Positions 27,076 to 41,293 of a stretch of DNA of 64,000 nt are shown here, in pieces. The stretch's first letter is position 1, and each line of letters opens with the position of its first letter. The stretch spans positions 19,304,534-19,368,533 of the forward strand of contig CM120644.1 of the NCBI GenBank assembly GCA_051362555.1, read 5' to 3'. This stretch comes from Lingula anatina (taxonomy: Eukaryota > Animalia > Brachiopoda). The notes beneath the pieces were generated by a model, which was not told the DNA's origin, searched no databases, and was given only the letters and a program-made list of their open reading frames with translations. The position numbers and the translations under genes are program-made.

Positions 27076-29906
27076 TGTAACATGAAAATCTGACTCCCAT
27101 GAAAATGTGACTCCCCAGTCAGATTTTCATTATGAAAATGTGACTCCCCCGTCAGATTTTCATAATGAAAATGTGACTCCCCCCATGAAAATTTGACTCC
27201 CACTCCACAAAACTTCATACATCATATTTTATTTGAGTATATGATTGTGATCTTGTTGTATGTAAAATGGATGATACGTTGGCACATTTTTTGTAGTTAT
27301 ATATAATGAAAATCTGACTCCCCCATGAAAATTTGACTCCCCCATCATAAAACTTTATAAATCTTATTTTATTTTGGGTTTATGTCTGTGATCTTGTAGT
27401 ATGTAAAACGGAGGATACATTGGCACATTTTTTGTAGTTTGAAGGTGAAAACTTTAATGAAAAATAAAGAAAATTAAAAATGTGCACAAAATGAAAATCT
27501 TACTCCCCCGTGAAAATTTGACTCCCCCATCATAAAACTTCATAAAACTTATTTTATTTTGAGTATATGACTGTGATCTTGTAGTATGTAAAAAGGAGGA
27601 TAGATTGGCACATTTTTTGTAGTTTACAGGTGAAAAATTATGTGAAAAAGTAAGAAAATTAAAAATGTCCACTTAATCGCCTATTGTCTCCCCTATGAAA
27701 AAGTTATTTAATATTTGATGATCATTTCATCACCTTTTCTTTTAGGATACTTTATGAAAAATATATTGGAAATATTTAAATGTTTGATGATAAAATAGTG
27801 AAAGCATGAAAAAGAAATCATGAAAATCTTTATTTTTACACCCATGAGATTTGGACTCCCATGGAGAAAAGGACCTATTTTATATTCAGTCACCATACCA
27901 CTGTTTTCCACATTTTTTGCATAGAGATGGATATTTTATCATCATTTGAAAGTTTGATGATGAAAATTTTGGTCAATATTTTTAAAACAAGTATCCGTCT
28001 TTATTCTTGTAGGTTTTGCACTCCCATGTCAAAACACTACATTTTTAACACAAGAAATTGGCCCCATCGCCTTTTTTTTTTTAATTCTTCTTATATAGCA
28101 TACCCAACAAAACACTTGCTTTTGTTTTCCCATTATTTTCCCCAAAGCTGGATGAAAGATGGGGCTTAATTAAGCAAAAAGGATAATAAGTATGCATTCT
28201 TGCGCCCATAGGACTTTGACGACCCATCTTACAAATCAAATGTTTCATATTTAATATTTTTCCTTTAAGCTACGACATATGAATAAGCTACCACCAAGCA
28301 TGTCACAGTCCTATCACATTTGAAAGTTTGGTGGTGATAACTTTTGTCAAAATTGAGAATTTTTTAGCAGCATTATTCACATGTTGGTGATATTTCCTTA
28401 CTATTGTGTTTTTAAATTCCAATATGATTTTTTTAGTTTAGGGGCAAAAGTATTTTGATTTAGCCTAGTGTGCAAAGTAATCATTAAGTTTTCACTGCCA
28501 CAAGGGAAAATATTGAAGAGAAGCAGAATTTTCTTGTCTCAGTGGATCCTTTTTACATTCATCTACATTTTGTTGATATTGTATGCACTTCATTGAAAAA
28601 ATATTCTTTTCTGATATGACACAAAACAATTTTTATTTTCATATAGCTAAGTGCGCAAAGTTATCATTATATATACAATGAAAAGTACGAGGAAAATAGT
28701 GATATAATGACTGAATAAAAAATAATTGTCCTTTTCATGGGTGTAAAATAAATATGATACTGAATTTCTCACTATTTTTAAATTTCAAACACAAAATTTA
28801 AATATTCCACATATGTTCTCCATAAGAAAACTAAAAAGTAGAAACATTTAAATGTGTGCTAAATATGAAATAAGTGCTTTTAACTAGAGGAGTCAAAATC
28901 CTACGGGTACAAGAATGCAAATTTATTATCCATTTTTCATTTATTTTCACGCAGTATTTTACCATAAAACTTTTTAATATTTCCAATAAATTTTTTCATT
29001 AAGTATCATAAAAGAAAAGTTGTCAGAATGATCATCAAACATCAAATAAATAGCTTTTTATAGGGGAGCTATTGGGTGTTAGAAAACAAATCCTTAATTT
29101 TTCTTACTTTCATGTGTTTTATTACTTTTTTCTCTCAATTTTTTAACCATGTGCACATTTTCAATTTTCATTATTTTTTCATTAAAATTTTCACTGCAAA
29201 CTACAAAAAATGTGCCAATGTATCATCCATTTTCCATACTACAAGATCACAGTCATATACTCAAAATTATATAAGATTTATGAAGTTTTGTGGCGGGGGA
29301 GTCAAATTTTCATGGGGGAGTCAGATTTTCATTATGTGCACATTTTTAATTTTCTCATTTTTTCATTAAAATTTTCACTGCAAAATACAAAAAATGTGCC
29401 AATGTATCAACCATTTTACATAATACAAGATCACAGACATATACTCAAAATAAAATAAGATTTATGAAGTTTTGTGGAGGGGGAGTCAAATTTTCATGGG
29501 GGAGTCAGATTTTCATTATGTGCTCATTTTTAATTTCTTATTTGTTCATTAAAATTCTCATTGCAAACTACAAAAAAATGTGCCAATGTATCAACCATTT
29601 TACATACTACAAGATCACAGTCATATACTAAATTAATTAGAGATTAATGCATGTTTTTTTGTAGGGGAGTCAAATTTTCATAGGGGAACCACATTTTCAT
29701 TATGTGCACATTTTTAATTTTTCTTTTTTTTAATGAAAATTTTCACCTGCAAACTACAAAAAAATGCCAATGTATCATCCATTATGCATACTACAAAATC
29801 ATAGTCATTTACTCAAATAAAATGAGATTAATGAATGTTTTTTTGGGGGGAGTCAAAATTTCATAGGGGGAGTCACATTTTAGGGGAGTCAGATTTTCAT
29901 GGTACA
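27076..29906. mobile_element. Ginger-like non-autonomous fold-back element with satellite-built arms, 4-bp TSD cagg
   Basis: cagg|tgtaacatgaaaatctgactccc...gggagtcagattttcatggtaca|cagg. Arms at about 27076-27670 and 29150-29906 are ~184-bp units in opposite orientation. No transposase ORF. Confidence 0.85.
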
Positions 29907-32900
29907 CAGGAATGGGGGCATAATTACCGTGTCATACAACAAAGACTACAGTTGAAATCGAGGCTTCTGTACGGAATGTGGTCTAGAATATATTATTATG
30001 TAATCTAGGTGAGTATTTTGGTGAGAGGTGTTCAGAAAGGACCGAGGTCAGTAGAAGATGGAGAAGAAAGCCTTGTGTCTCATTGCCACAATTTCCACGA
30101 AATGGTTAGAAATCTGGGACTGAAATTGGCATCGAACTGTTGTAAGTACTGTATAGATGATGGAAGATAACATTGGTTATTTGGCGTTAATGATATTAAC
30201 CAAAAAAATGGTGCAATCTGCAAATAAGGCATCATGTCGACATTTTGTCTTGGCGTCAACAATATTTTACATTAAAAGTCCAAATTCAACTTGACGTTTA
30301 AATAGTTTATTATCTGTTCTTATTTTTCAGATGGAATGCATTTGCCATAAAACGGGTGGTTAGAGATTTGCTCCAGCTGTGAATGCGCCTTCCGTCTTAA
30401 GCAATGTAAGACATTTTGGCAGGTAACTTCATTCATAGGTCCCGGATTGATTTTAAAATATCCAAAATCCACCTCAGCAAATCCCTGCCCGCCAATGTGC
30501 ACATGCCGTGACTATGTAGTTCTTCTTTCTGAGATCTCATAAATTTTGTTTTTACTACCCTCCTGTCATATGTTTATTTTCTAAAATTTCACTTTATACG
30601 TAATGCGAGGGTCACTTTCTTTTTAGTAGCACCACTGACGTGTGATTCTAAACACAGAATCTTGTCGCGTTACTGTGTGTACACGGTGTAAAAGAATAGA
30701 AATTATATTGTTAGAAAGTGTATGATGACATAGAACGTGTCAGCTCAATATATTTTTTGTATAATTTAAAAGTTGAAAAGTTGTTTGATGTAAATACTAC
30801 TATCGAAATCGGTTGATGTAAAATTAAAAACTGCTTTATTAAACCAACACATAGACATTGTTTTGTAAAGGTGTTTTTGTTTGATTTCAGTGACTCAGCC
30901 GTGCACGAGGAGATTGAATACGTTCTCCATCAATGACGTCAGACTCGTGTTCCACAGCGGCTGCATCCATGTCAAGATTACATGTCGCATGTCAGAGTTC
31001 GTCTGCTAGTAAATTTGCAAAGTTGACATTTTTAAATGTATTAAAATATGAAGTGTCATGTTTGCTTTGGACTGTGGTGTTCTACATTGGAAAGCGTATC
31101 AAATGAAAAGTATGATGTAAGGAGTATTTTTTTCGAGAAACGTCTAATTTAAAAAGGACTTGGGCGCGTTCACAGCCAGTTGATCCGCAGACTAACTAGA
31201 CTAACTAGTTGAAAGCCACACTTGAAAGCAAGCTTAGATTTAATTGCTCGCCCCTGCTGGGACGGTGCACATGGGAGGCGGGGAATCCATTGTCGGGTGC
31301 AATGATCTTAAATAGTCAGCAGTTCAACTGGTTGTGAACGGCGTCTATTTCTATACTAAGCGCCAGCCCTGTATGTCGCTGGTTTGCTATTGTACATATG
31401 TACGTGTATCTATGTTACCATGTTGTTGTACAGTACTCTTCCCGCTCATGGTGTTTTAATGGTAATTTGTTGCTGTAGTTGGTTAAGGGGCGGGTACAGG
31501 TCTCGAAGATGAGAAAATACTTTTTTTTTTAGTTCTCGTTTAATATGAATATTGCCAATGCAAAAGTGTCTTGCTTTATTGGTGTACTATATCAGTTTTG
31601 GTTATTGTCAAATTATCACCAAGTAGTGGTCAGGAAGAGTACTTTGCTACACGTACATGTAGTATTGGTTTATTTCCGTGTAGGTGTGGTAACATTAACA
31701 ACAAGCACATGTAGGACGACCGGTTTTCTTATTGATGGTAACATATTTGTGAGGGCAAATCTGCAATTCGGCATTTCAACCGTGAACAATTATATATTTA
31801 AAATTGAATCCTAATACTTATTTTGATGTCTACTTTTGGAAAGAAAGAAAACGTCCCAACCGTGTAAAATGCATTTATGGAAGTCTTTGGAGGCTATAAT
31901 GTGTGTTTAGTTGAAGAAAAAACGAGAGATATAGCTACAAAAAATCAATAAATTGCTGTAATTTAAATAATTACGTTTCAGAAATTGCAGCATTATCAAA
32001 CTGGTAGAATGTCATTAGTATTGCAGAACTGTCCACACGTATTGAAATGATCTTAAGTTTGAGTGTGCAGTTGTGACTCATATGAAGTAAACTTCGTGTT
32101 TCAATGAGGGGAGGGGTCAAAAGTCACCCTGGTTTTAGAAACGAAACCAAGGAGTTGAAATTTTCCCGAAATTAAAATACATTTGTTATTGTAGTAGTGG
32201 TAGGTTACAAAAGAAAATTGTTGAATCATAGAAAATGTTTTATTTTGGAATATTATCTTCATTAAAGGATCTATGTAGGACTGACATTCATTAGAAACTT
32301 TTACATTATGAATTTTTGACAAATTTTTGACAAAGTAAAATCAATCATTTTAGCTGTCACAAAGCCAATTTTTTAGAATAATGGCTACTCGATGATGTTT
32401 TTAGGAATGGCAATTTCTGTCAATACTCCCAAAATAAAATGTGATACAATTTAAAGCGAAATTTATAGGAAAATTTTGACAACTAAATGAGCATTTTTTT
32501 GTAAATTAACTTCACTTGCAGATATTTAGCCAATTCTTCGAAAATCCATCGAATTATCATACAAAATTACTTCTTCATAGTATTTTGCTTCTTTAAAAAA
32601 TATTAATAATAGTCATTCTCTCAGTATAAAAAACTTTATCCAAAAATGTATAAATCAGCGCTCTGTTAAAGGTTGGTCTTGTACCTAGTATTTTCTTCGT
32701 TTACTTTTGTTCGCAATCAAAGGGTAATTGAAGAATAACCTATTATTGGATGTCAGTCCTGCTTGTTGAGTTATAGTGCTCAATGTCACTTGATCACTGA
32801 ACACCGGAGACCAGTCTTAAGTTTATAAGAAATGTCTTAGTAAATGTATATGTCAAGTAAACTTATATTTGAGGATTTTTTTTCCGTTTCCTTTGCAATG

Positions 32901-33613
32901 GCGTTGGTTGAATAAGCTTTAAGTTGGTTATGTCATTATGACGTTTATGATTCGCATGCTGTAAAATTTCAGTTTTCGCTCAAAGTTTTGCCATGAAATA
33001 CATATTTGAGGATTTCATGTGAAGAAAACAAGTTTGCGGTGGACATGAACAATGTCGATGAACAAAACTAACAGGAATTTAACAAAATTTAATTATTTTG
33101 ACCACTTTTTTTGTGTGTACATCAGCAAGACGACATAGTGCTTGCACGTGGGTACATGCGTCAGGATAGGAGTAGGTTCTATGCATATTGAATTTTCTAT
33201 ATCGATCACACCAGTGAATTTAGACAAACATGTTTTGGTAATTTTTTTTAAAATCTTGTTTATATTATGTCTGTCATAATATTCCTGAACTCCTTTATAA
33301 ATCAAAAGGCCACGCCGGCCAGGTAGAAATTTTCAAAATGCATAGAATGTCGACATGTTTTAGTTAGATAGAGAACCAGTTTTGTTTGTATGTAAAAGCT
33401 TTATTCACATTTCATAGCACGTTTTATGAAACTGCCATTAATGTAGAAGAAAAAAAGATATTTCAAGTTTTATAATATTTTGTGAAAACAATGCTGTTAC
33501 TTTTTGTATTCATTTGTGCAATAAAAAATGAATGTGCCTTTTACCATCCTGTGTTCGTAGTCGAAATGATTTATTCTGGTTTATTTTTGCAAAAGGTAAT
33601 TTGCTGGGACCCA

Positions 33614-33686
33614 GTGGCGCCAGGAATCGAACCTGCAACCTGTTGTCTCAGAGGCGAGCGCGTTACCTACTCCTCTAACTGTTCCC
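33614..33686 (-). pseudogene. tRNA-derived sequence (pseudogene or SINE head)
   Basis: Minus strand has gcaggttcgattcctggc (B box/T arm) and an A-box-like tagaggagtagg. Acceptor and anticodon stems pair poorly. Confidence 0.5.
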
Positions 33687-36414
33687 ACCCACCCTCCCCG
33701 GGTAGACTTTCTTCTTATAGTAACCAAAGGAAAATTCTGAAAAGTCTTTCTTGAAAATTACCCAGTGATATCCGAGAGCAGGGAAGTGAACCCCAACCCA
33801 TTTAGTACGAATGAGCAAGAAAACGCTACAACGCATTGCATAATTTTGGTATTTCTTTATTAAGACCAAAACAAATCTCCACTGATGTTTGCATGCAAAT
33901 TTATCCGTTTTAAAACGCGTTTCTGCATAACTACATTTCTGAAAAATCTATAAATTTTTAAATTAGAATAAACCAAGTTACTGAAAGCTGCATTAGGACT
34001 CACTCAAAAATGTAACAAATTTAGCCTATCTGATTTAACAAATAAAACTTTCAACTAAACTCTTTATGTCTGATCTCGTTAATATTAAAGAAAATATTTC
34101 AGAAAAAAACTTTTTTCCTTTAAAAAACAACGCCGGATCCGGTATTCATTTCACCTTTAACATCAGAAAAATCGAAAAGGAAACTCTGGACTAACACTAT
34201 CAAATACATATAATGGTACAAATTTCACAATTTGACTACATTTAAAGGTTCCGGATCCGACGTTGATTTTTCCTCTGTTTCTAAACATACGGTATAATAA
34301 AAATTATTTCAATAACTAAATACCTACAAGCATGAACAATTCTACAACTCTCGTGACAAATGTTTTGCTATTAACAGAACATAAATTAACCTCACATATC
34401 ACATGTAGAGAGTAAATGTTTGCACCTGCTGATCGACGTATAAAGTAAGAGACAATCTTCAAAGTTGAGCAGATTTTAAAAAATAGTTTCAATAATTCTT
34501 TTATCTTTACACAGAATCTAGATTTGTTAAAAAACATCACCGTCCGAGTTGCATTTTTACAAAGGTCATAGTGTACAAACTACGAATCTAGACAGCAGAA
34601 AATTGGAACATTAAGAAGAACAAATTTATGAAATCAAGTATTCTAATCTCTTATCTGAGCATTTAATGTAAAGCCGCCGTTAAAGGCACATAGTGAGCGC
34701 TGGACACATAAAAAGAAATTAAAAATTGAGAATTTATTATTCAATGTAATATTTCCAATTAATTTTTACTGGAAAAAAAGAACACTTTTTAATTATAGCT
34801 CACAAGACAGCAAAAATATATTATTCAATGAAATATTGTCAATTTGCCATAAATTTTAACTGAATAAAATAATTTTTCTTAAAGATATTTGCTAGCAAGT
34901 ACAATAACTACTTATTCTCCTTCCTTTACAATCTCTCCTATAGCTGACTACATCCACCAACGGAAAAGTTTTAACATGAAGTGCAACTATATCCTCATTC
35001 TAATGGAGGAAGCAAAATGGGGAAAATATTGGGGTATTTTCAAAACCAGTATTAAAAGTTTAGGCATCAAAATTGAATCACAAATAGGTTATCATCAAAT
35101 ACCTAACGTTAATATCTTACAACATTGTACTAAATTGGTTGAAACTGATATATTCGTATACTTAGTATCTGGACCGCCTCGCATCCACTCCCTGGTCACT
35201 CAAAACTGATGAAGACGTGACATCTCTTTCTGGAGTGTTGGTTACATATGATTCTTGGGGGGGAGGAAGCAGGATATTTTGGGCGCATTATTTTATCAAT
35301 TATCATCATTATCTGTTAGGTGAACCTTAATTTACAATTTACTGCAATAAAATGCATATGACGCATTTTGTTTTAGATATATTTCAAAATACGCCATTGA
35401 TAAAATTAAACCCATACCCTAACACCCCCACAATGAAACAATATTTACGTCACTGGTTACGGTCAAATGCACGTTTTTATATGAACAGAGTTAAGTATAT
35501 GTGACCGACCTGAGCATACTATGGCGCCATCTGTAGGAATCAGCAGACGAAAACTTTATAAACTTTAAATCGTGCGATCATATCTTAATGTACGATGTCA
35601 TTTACCTTCACAATGACAAATAAACTTCCGAATAAATGTCTGTGTGTGTGTGTGCGTGCGTGGAACCTGGTCATGATAACGAAGGCGTTTATTAAATTAT
35701 CCCAGATTTTTACACAGTTTTAGCCAGTGGCAGGAAAGAAGGGTTGATTAGTTGGAGAAAAATACCACTTATCCCAAGAAAATTCTTGGAGAAAAATACC
35801 ACTTATCCCAGGAAAATCCGTGCAATATTTTAACACGTCAGCACAAACGCCGTGAAGATACGCTATGCATATATTTTGCCGAAGGATTTTATTCAAACTG
35901 ATGTTTTTCACTTTGCATCATACAACCAGTTATCAAAATACCCGTCTGTACTATCATGCACAAGTTATAACAGTTTTATTCTACTTCCCCAATATCCTCC
36001 TGTCATTTCATGCTGTCAATATTGACATATACAAGATTTCATAATATATCATACATCACATGATTCTTTCACATACAGCACTCGAATAACACATTTTATG
36101 TAATAAAAGAAATAAAATTCCATTCGTATCAAATATTTTTTTCATCGGGAATTGATATTTCAAATTGTAACGCCTCCGCCTGGCGTTTAGTAGAATACAG
36201 AAAAGGTGGTAATTATACGAGAAAGTTTGAAACAAGAGGAGGTGTGTTAATCTGTTAAACTGATTGCATTCAGCAGAGTTGGATTGATCTACATAGAACG
36301 ATATGGAATGAAACCTTAGATTCTTTAAAATGTATCTTATTATTATTATTGTAGTGCCCTGAATATTTTATCTAGAACTTCAACCCACTGGGTTATCAAT
36401 ATCTTATCAATAAA

Positions 36415-37470
36415 TGTAACGGGGACGGTTGTTTGGCGTGTGCGCGAGGTTCGTAAGAATGTGTAAGGGACGCGGTGGCGCCCCTTAGCATGTCCCACGC
36501 CCCTAGGATGTCGCGGCGCCCGCGCCTAGACTATAGGATGTCGCGGCGCCCGCGCCTAGTAAGATTGATTATAAGGTATTATTATAATGAGACATTAAGT
36601 TACATATAAATAGAACAGGTGGTGGGTAGAGAGAACGAGTTAGGTAGTGGGAATAAAGCTGTTTGGAAATCCACGACTCTTGTTGCTCACTTCTTCTCGA
36701 TCTGTGAACCTAGAATCGAACCTTACAAATGAAACAACAGTATATGATAGGTTTCCCTATTAATACAGTTTATTTCTCAAACCCGTTACATACATACAGG
36801 GACATCTAGCTTAGGCAAAGCACAGCGCTACGGTAAGACGGTGACCCAGTCGTTCCCTCGATCTTGACTCTGATTGACCTGGCCGTCCTCGGTCCTCAGT
36901 CTCCCTCTCGTGCTCTCATTGTTGCTGGTCACTCTGACATTAATTCCCTGCTCTGACGTCCCTGGGCGTTCGTCTCTTGTGTTGAAATCAGGACGCCCCT
37001 TTATACTGAATTTGAGGGTGAGGTCACTGTAATTCTCCTTATATAAACGGTTACTAGTTATACCGGCTACTTGGCCTTAAACTTCTACTCTATATTATGC
37101 ACGTTGATAAAACAAAACTTTCACCCGGAATTGAAAATTAATAAACATAATACTAGGCGCTTACTATAATATATGTGCGGCCCTTCGAAAATATATTCTT
37201 ATGAGGTTCAATGGTCACATTTGTATCTCCAGTTAAGGTAGCACCGTCCAACACCGACTTTCAACATAGATTAAGATTTCTCTGTACCTTTGAGAGATTA
37301 AAGGATAATCACTTGGAATTGCTCTTGTAGAAAATCTGAGATAGAGATAGAGATGACAGCAGTGTGACTAATATATTCACAGAAAGCCAGGTGTGGCATT
37401 GGCCTATTACACAGAAGTTTAAATTACTAAATGTTACGTAAAGGCTCATTTTGCTACCAACTGCGTTACA
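36415..37470 (-). mobile_element. 3' LTR of the env-bearing LTR retrotransposon
   Basis: Minus strand begins TGTAACG (37470) and ends CGTTACA (36415). TATAAA lies near 37003 and AATAAA near 36773 in the correct order, downstream of the env-like ORF. Confidence 0.6.
36462..36727 (+). mobile_element. Solo LTR (266 bp) with 4-bp TSD aatg
   Basis: aatg|tgtaagg...ccttaca|aatg, with internal tataaa (36605), aataaa (36652) and a duplicated taggatgtcgcggcgcccgcgcctag. Confidence 0.85.
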
Positions 37471-37535
37471 TGTCCGTCGGGCCTTAGAAGATTTTGCTCC
37501 TGCAAAAGTAACTAGTAATAACTAAACCTAAGATA

Positions 37536-37585
<50 letters not shown>

Positions 37586-39342
37586 ACACACACATACACA
37601 CACAACACCAGGTGATATCTTCAGACGTATTTTTTCTTTACTTGACCAAAAGGGGAATTGGAGGCATTCCTTTCTCTCTCTCTTTTTTCTTTTTGTTATC
37701 TTAAAGTTCCGCTTATGCTTCTTCCATGTCGGAGTCATCATCAGAAAGGCCCGCTGGGCGAACGTTAGGCTCCGGCCTCTTAGGTCCCCCATTCGGTCTG
37801 GCCCATCTGCTTCTGGGACGACGCACCGTCGCTAATCATGTCATCTTCAGACGGGACAAGGAGAGGGTGGTCTCGAGTTCCCCTGGGTATGCGTCTCATA
37901 GCTGCAGCAGGAAGTCTTGCCTGGGGTGGTGAAGGTGGGAAACGCAGGGCGGCGGCCAACACGTCCCTACACTGAAGGGCTACTTCCTCCGGGTCCCTGG
38001 AACCGAACCACGAAGGAACCAAAGAACGCGGGCGTACGATGACCACGTCCCGCATTAAAGAAGCCGCCCTCATTAGTTGCCGTTAAGGCGCACGGAGGGT
38101 AGAATAACCACCCTCGCCTTCTGCCGAGTAGTTGGTGCAGCCATCGTCCCTAGTGCCCTGAACAGCAGATGAAGGAGATAGCCTACCTCCGAGGTCAGGT
38201 TGGGCGAGGTGACCATCCAACCATATAGAATCAGTAGTGTTGGAGCAATCGCTCTAATGGCTGGCAGCGCCTCTTCCAGAGTGGTGTTGCATACCGGTGT
38301 TGCCTGGTGCCCTTGAATGATGGTACCTCGAGGAACCCACGGGGAGTCCTTTCTTTGGCGCAGGGAATCAAAAGGTCTAGTGACGTTGTCTGATGACATG
38401 ACGAGAACATTCATGATGTTGTCTTGGTGGTGGCACAAAGCAGAGTGGATGAAGTGGTCGTCGAAGGAGGCCGACTTTATAGAGGTGTTGGAATGAAGGG
38501 AATGAGGGAATGATTAGGTGCTCGGCAAAAAGGAAGTGGAATACGTCTGAAGATTTCACTGTATGATATTACGTGGCAACAGATAATGAAGATGTCTGTG
38601 AGCGATAATAGAATAAGCAATTCTCGACTATATCATTATGATTTCTGAACAATTACATAGAACTGATATACATGTACCTGCATCGATATGACCTGTGAAA
38701 GTATCATGAATGTCAACTAGATAGACAGCTATTTGAAAAAAGGAAAATATACATATAAAGCAGTTAAAATACAAATAAGAATAAACGTGTAGTAACAAAT
38801 TCAAAGTAAAGGTAAATGATTAACCTGTATCAAAAGCGATGGCTCTTTTACAGGGACTAAGACGATGCTATCAAAACACTGATAAGATATCGCACCGGAC
38901 GTCGAGTGTAACATCGTACCTATGAATAATTATAGAGAGCTGAATAAAATACGGTCACTAGGATAAAATGGATAGTAAACAATATTATTACCATAGCCCT
39001 TACAATTTTACCGCAAAATGCTATCTTATAACGAAAATTATTATGAAAGTAGTATACAAATAAGTTCACCGCTAAAAATAATTAATATATTTTGAGTTAT
39101 TATTAAGAAATGAATATGAAACTGATTAAATATGTCTATCCCTAAAGATAAAATGTCAGAACATTTAAGCATAACAATGGAGTGAGTTTCATTCAAGATT
39201 TCTGTCCTGAAATTTTCAAATCAATGCATGAGCAGTGTCGCAAGAGTTCAGCTTTTTGGAGTAATTATAAAAAAAAAAAAGAAACTTCAACAGGCATGAT
39301 ATCGTGCTTGTAAAGCCAACTACACTACTGAATAATTAAGAG

Positions 39343-39510
39343 CAGGGGCGGATTCAGAGTTATTTCCTGACAGTCTTCCAAATTATCTTTGTTGATCCGT
39401 TCTTCATTTTTGACCGTCTTCCGACAGAAATTATTAGATACCCGCCAATGTAATCTTGAAAATCTGACCGTCTTCCGGAAGACCCAGAAGACGCCCTAAA
39501 TCCGCCCCTG
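39343..39510 (+). mobile_element. 168-bp MITE, CAGGGGCGGAT TIRs, 5-bp TSD aagag
   Basis: aagag|caggggcggat...atccgcccctg|aagag. Same family as 6505-6672. Confidence 0.92.
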
Positions 39511-39519
39511 AAGAGTGCA

Positions 39520-40624
39520 AAGAATGGCTGAGCAAACATCTTTTTCAATGTATACGTTTGGCAGTATTTTAAGGAAATCGGATTGAAAAGAGTGATTGAA
39601 TGATCAATTTCGTCATTTGAGAGACAGATACCGTTCCAATTTATGTGCAACATGAGATAAATACAACCATGGATCTCAAAATTATCGAACAATGTGGGTG
39701 TGTGGGCTTTCCAGGCCGTTACACTACCCTGAAGGTGCATAGCCTAACAGGCAAAACAACAGCATCATCTAATGTCGAAATCTGTAAGGCCAGGACAGGT
39801 CTATGTCCGTAGGATTTGCGAAAAGCGAGAATGACAATTATAATGAAAAGCAGCAAAATAACAAGTGATTCGGTGATATAGGGCAATGCAAAAATCGGGG
39901 AATCAATTTTAAAAGTAGTTGGAAGTGAGGTGGTTTCAAAGGTTAGATGAAAACCTCGAACAGAGACAACGTTCTGAAGGGAAGTTATGATAACAGATAA
40001 TCTAGCGAATTTACAAGATAAAAAGGCGGTAAAGAGAATGTTAAATACCGATAGACCAATAGCGGAGGGATAAGGGGTGTAAGGTCGTCAGATTGCTGAC
40101 TGTCGGGAAATATGTCTGCTATTGAATGGTAGACTAGTTGCTTCCGTTTTACCGCAGGTATGATGCGTTTGAAATTTAAATGGTCAGTCGAGGCGATGAT
40201 AGAATCAATTTTATTGTGAAGAATCTTGATTTTCGGAATGGTTAAGGAAGGAGGCTTAGATAACAAGGTATCTCCCATGAGATCGTTAATGCGCTCTTCC
40301 GCAAACAAGTGTTGTGGAGCAATGAGGTTAAAGGGGTATTTGATGGTCTCATCAAAAGAAAATTATGACAATTATATAAACGTTCCGGAAAATAAGCTAT
40401 CTTAGTATTAATTGTGCAGTGACATGGTAGGTGCACGACACAATGATGACAATTGAAGATATGGGACGTCTTGGTATGGGAGCATTATGACGTCCACGTT
40501 GGTGAATAATAAGGTGTCTTTGGTAATGAAGTGTGCGGAAGAGGAAACGGCACTCTGTTGAAATGTAAAATACGCCCTAATATTTTTGGGCGTAAGTTCA
40601 GTAAAAGACTGCTAACACAGCTCT

Positions 40625-40670
<46 letters not shown>

Positions 40671-41096
40671 AAAAACAGGAATCACAATAGGATATTGTGG
40701 ACAAGATTTGAGGAATGAGCCTCGACATAAAGACCAGTCTGTATGCGTGAGGATGGAATAGTGAGTTTCATCATTGGAAATGGCAAAAATGGATGGTAGT
40801 TTGATAAAAGTACCATGAAGACACTTGCGCTGGAGAGGGACCGGATATGTGGCGACTGAGTATGCGGTGAGCGAATGAGGGTAAGTCGTTATGGGGAATT
40901 TTAGTCTAATGAAGAGTGACTGATTGTGAAAGGCAGTGACGAAATGTGGATGCTTATAGTAGAAATTTGTAGTGGTGTGAATCAAAGTTGAAGTCGGAGC
41001 TTGGTCCTTGAGTTTTGACTGAATAAAAGTTATAGTTTCTTGTATAAGTTGTGGAGGTAAAATCAACGGACTCGATATACCCTGCCCTAACTGAAT
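39520..41096 (-). pseudogene. env: env-like fusion glycoprotein, C-terminal part (errantivirus Env/baculovirus F-like), frameshifted
   Basis: IQLGQGISSPLILPPQL...LFIRLKFPI...YPVP...WSLCRGSFLKSC, then CIVVHLPCHCTI, then TM SLVILLLFIIIVILAF-RK at about 39815-39870. Several frameshifts and an expanded A-run at 40626-40669. Confidence 0.7.
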
Positions 41097-41258
41097 AAAT
41101 GTATTTATTGTCGTTTAACGGGTCAACGATGACGTGTCTTAGGAGAAAGGTTATTAGGAGGTACAGGGGGCGCTGTATTCAAAAGGTGAACAGATCACGT
41201 GAGGAAGGGAAACGATCATTCGAAGTCGAGCTACGCTAATGTACAGACATTCCAGTTT
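41097..41258 (+). repeat. Split direct repeat A1 (162 bp)
   Basis: Identical by eye to 46487-46648. Confidence 0.95.
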
Positions 41259-41293
41259 TCCTAAGCTTGAATTTCATATTTCAAACGTCTAGT

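Noticed and set aside
36166-36414. Additional LTR starting tgtaacgcc
   Set aside because: No matching end with a convincing TSD; at most an LTR fragment.
37617-38555. 15-bp inverted repeat atcttcagacgtatt as transposon TIRs
   Set aside because: No TSD and no other copies in the window; cannot be distinguished from chance or a local rearrangement.
40626-40669. Poly-A tail of a retroposed insert (also 37539-37583 and 60887-60927)
   Set aside because: No associated element body or TSD; better explained as homopolymer expansion or assembly noise.
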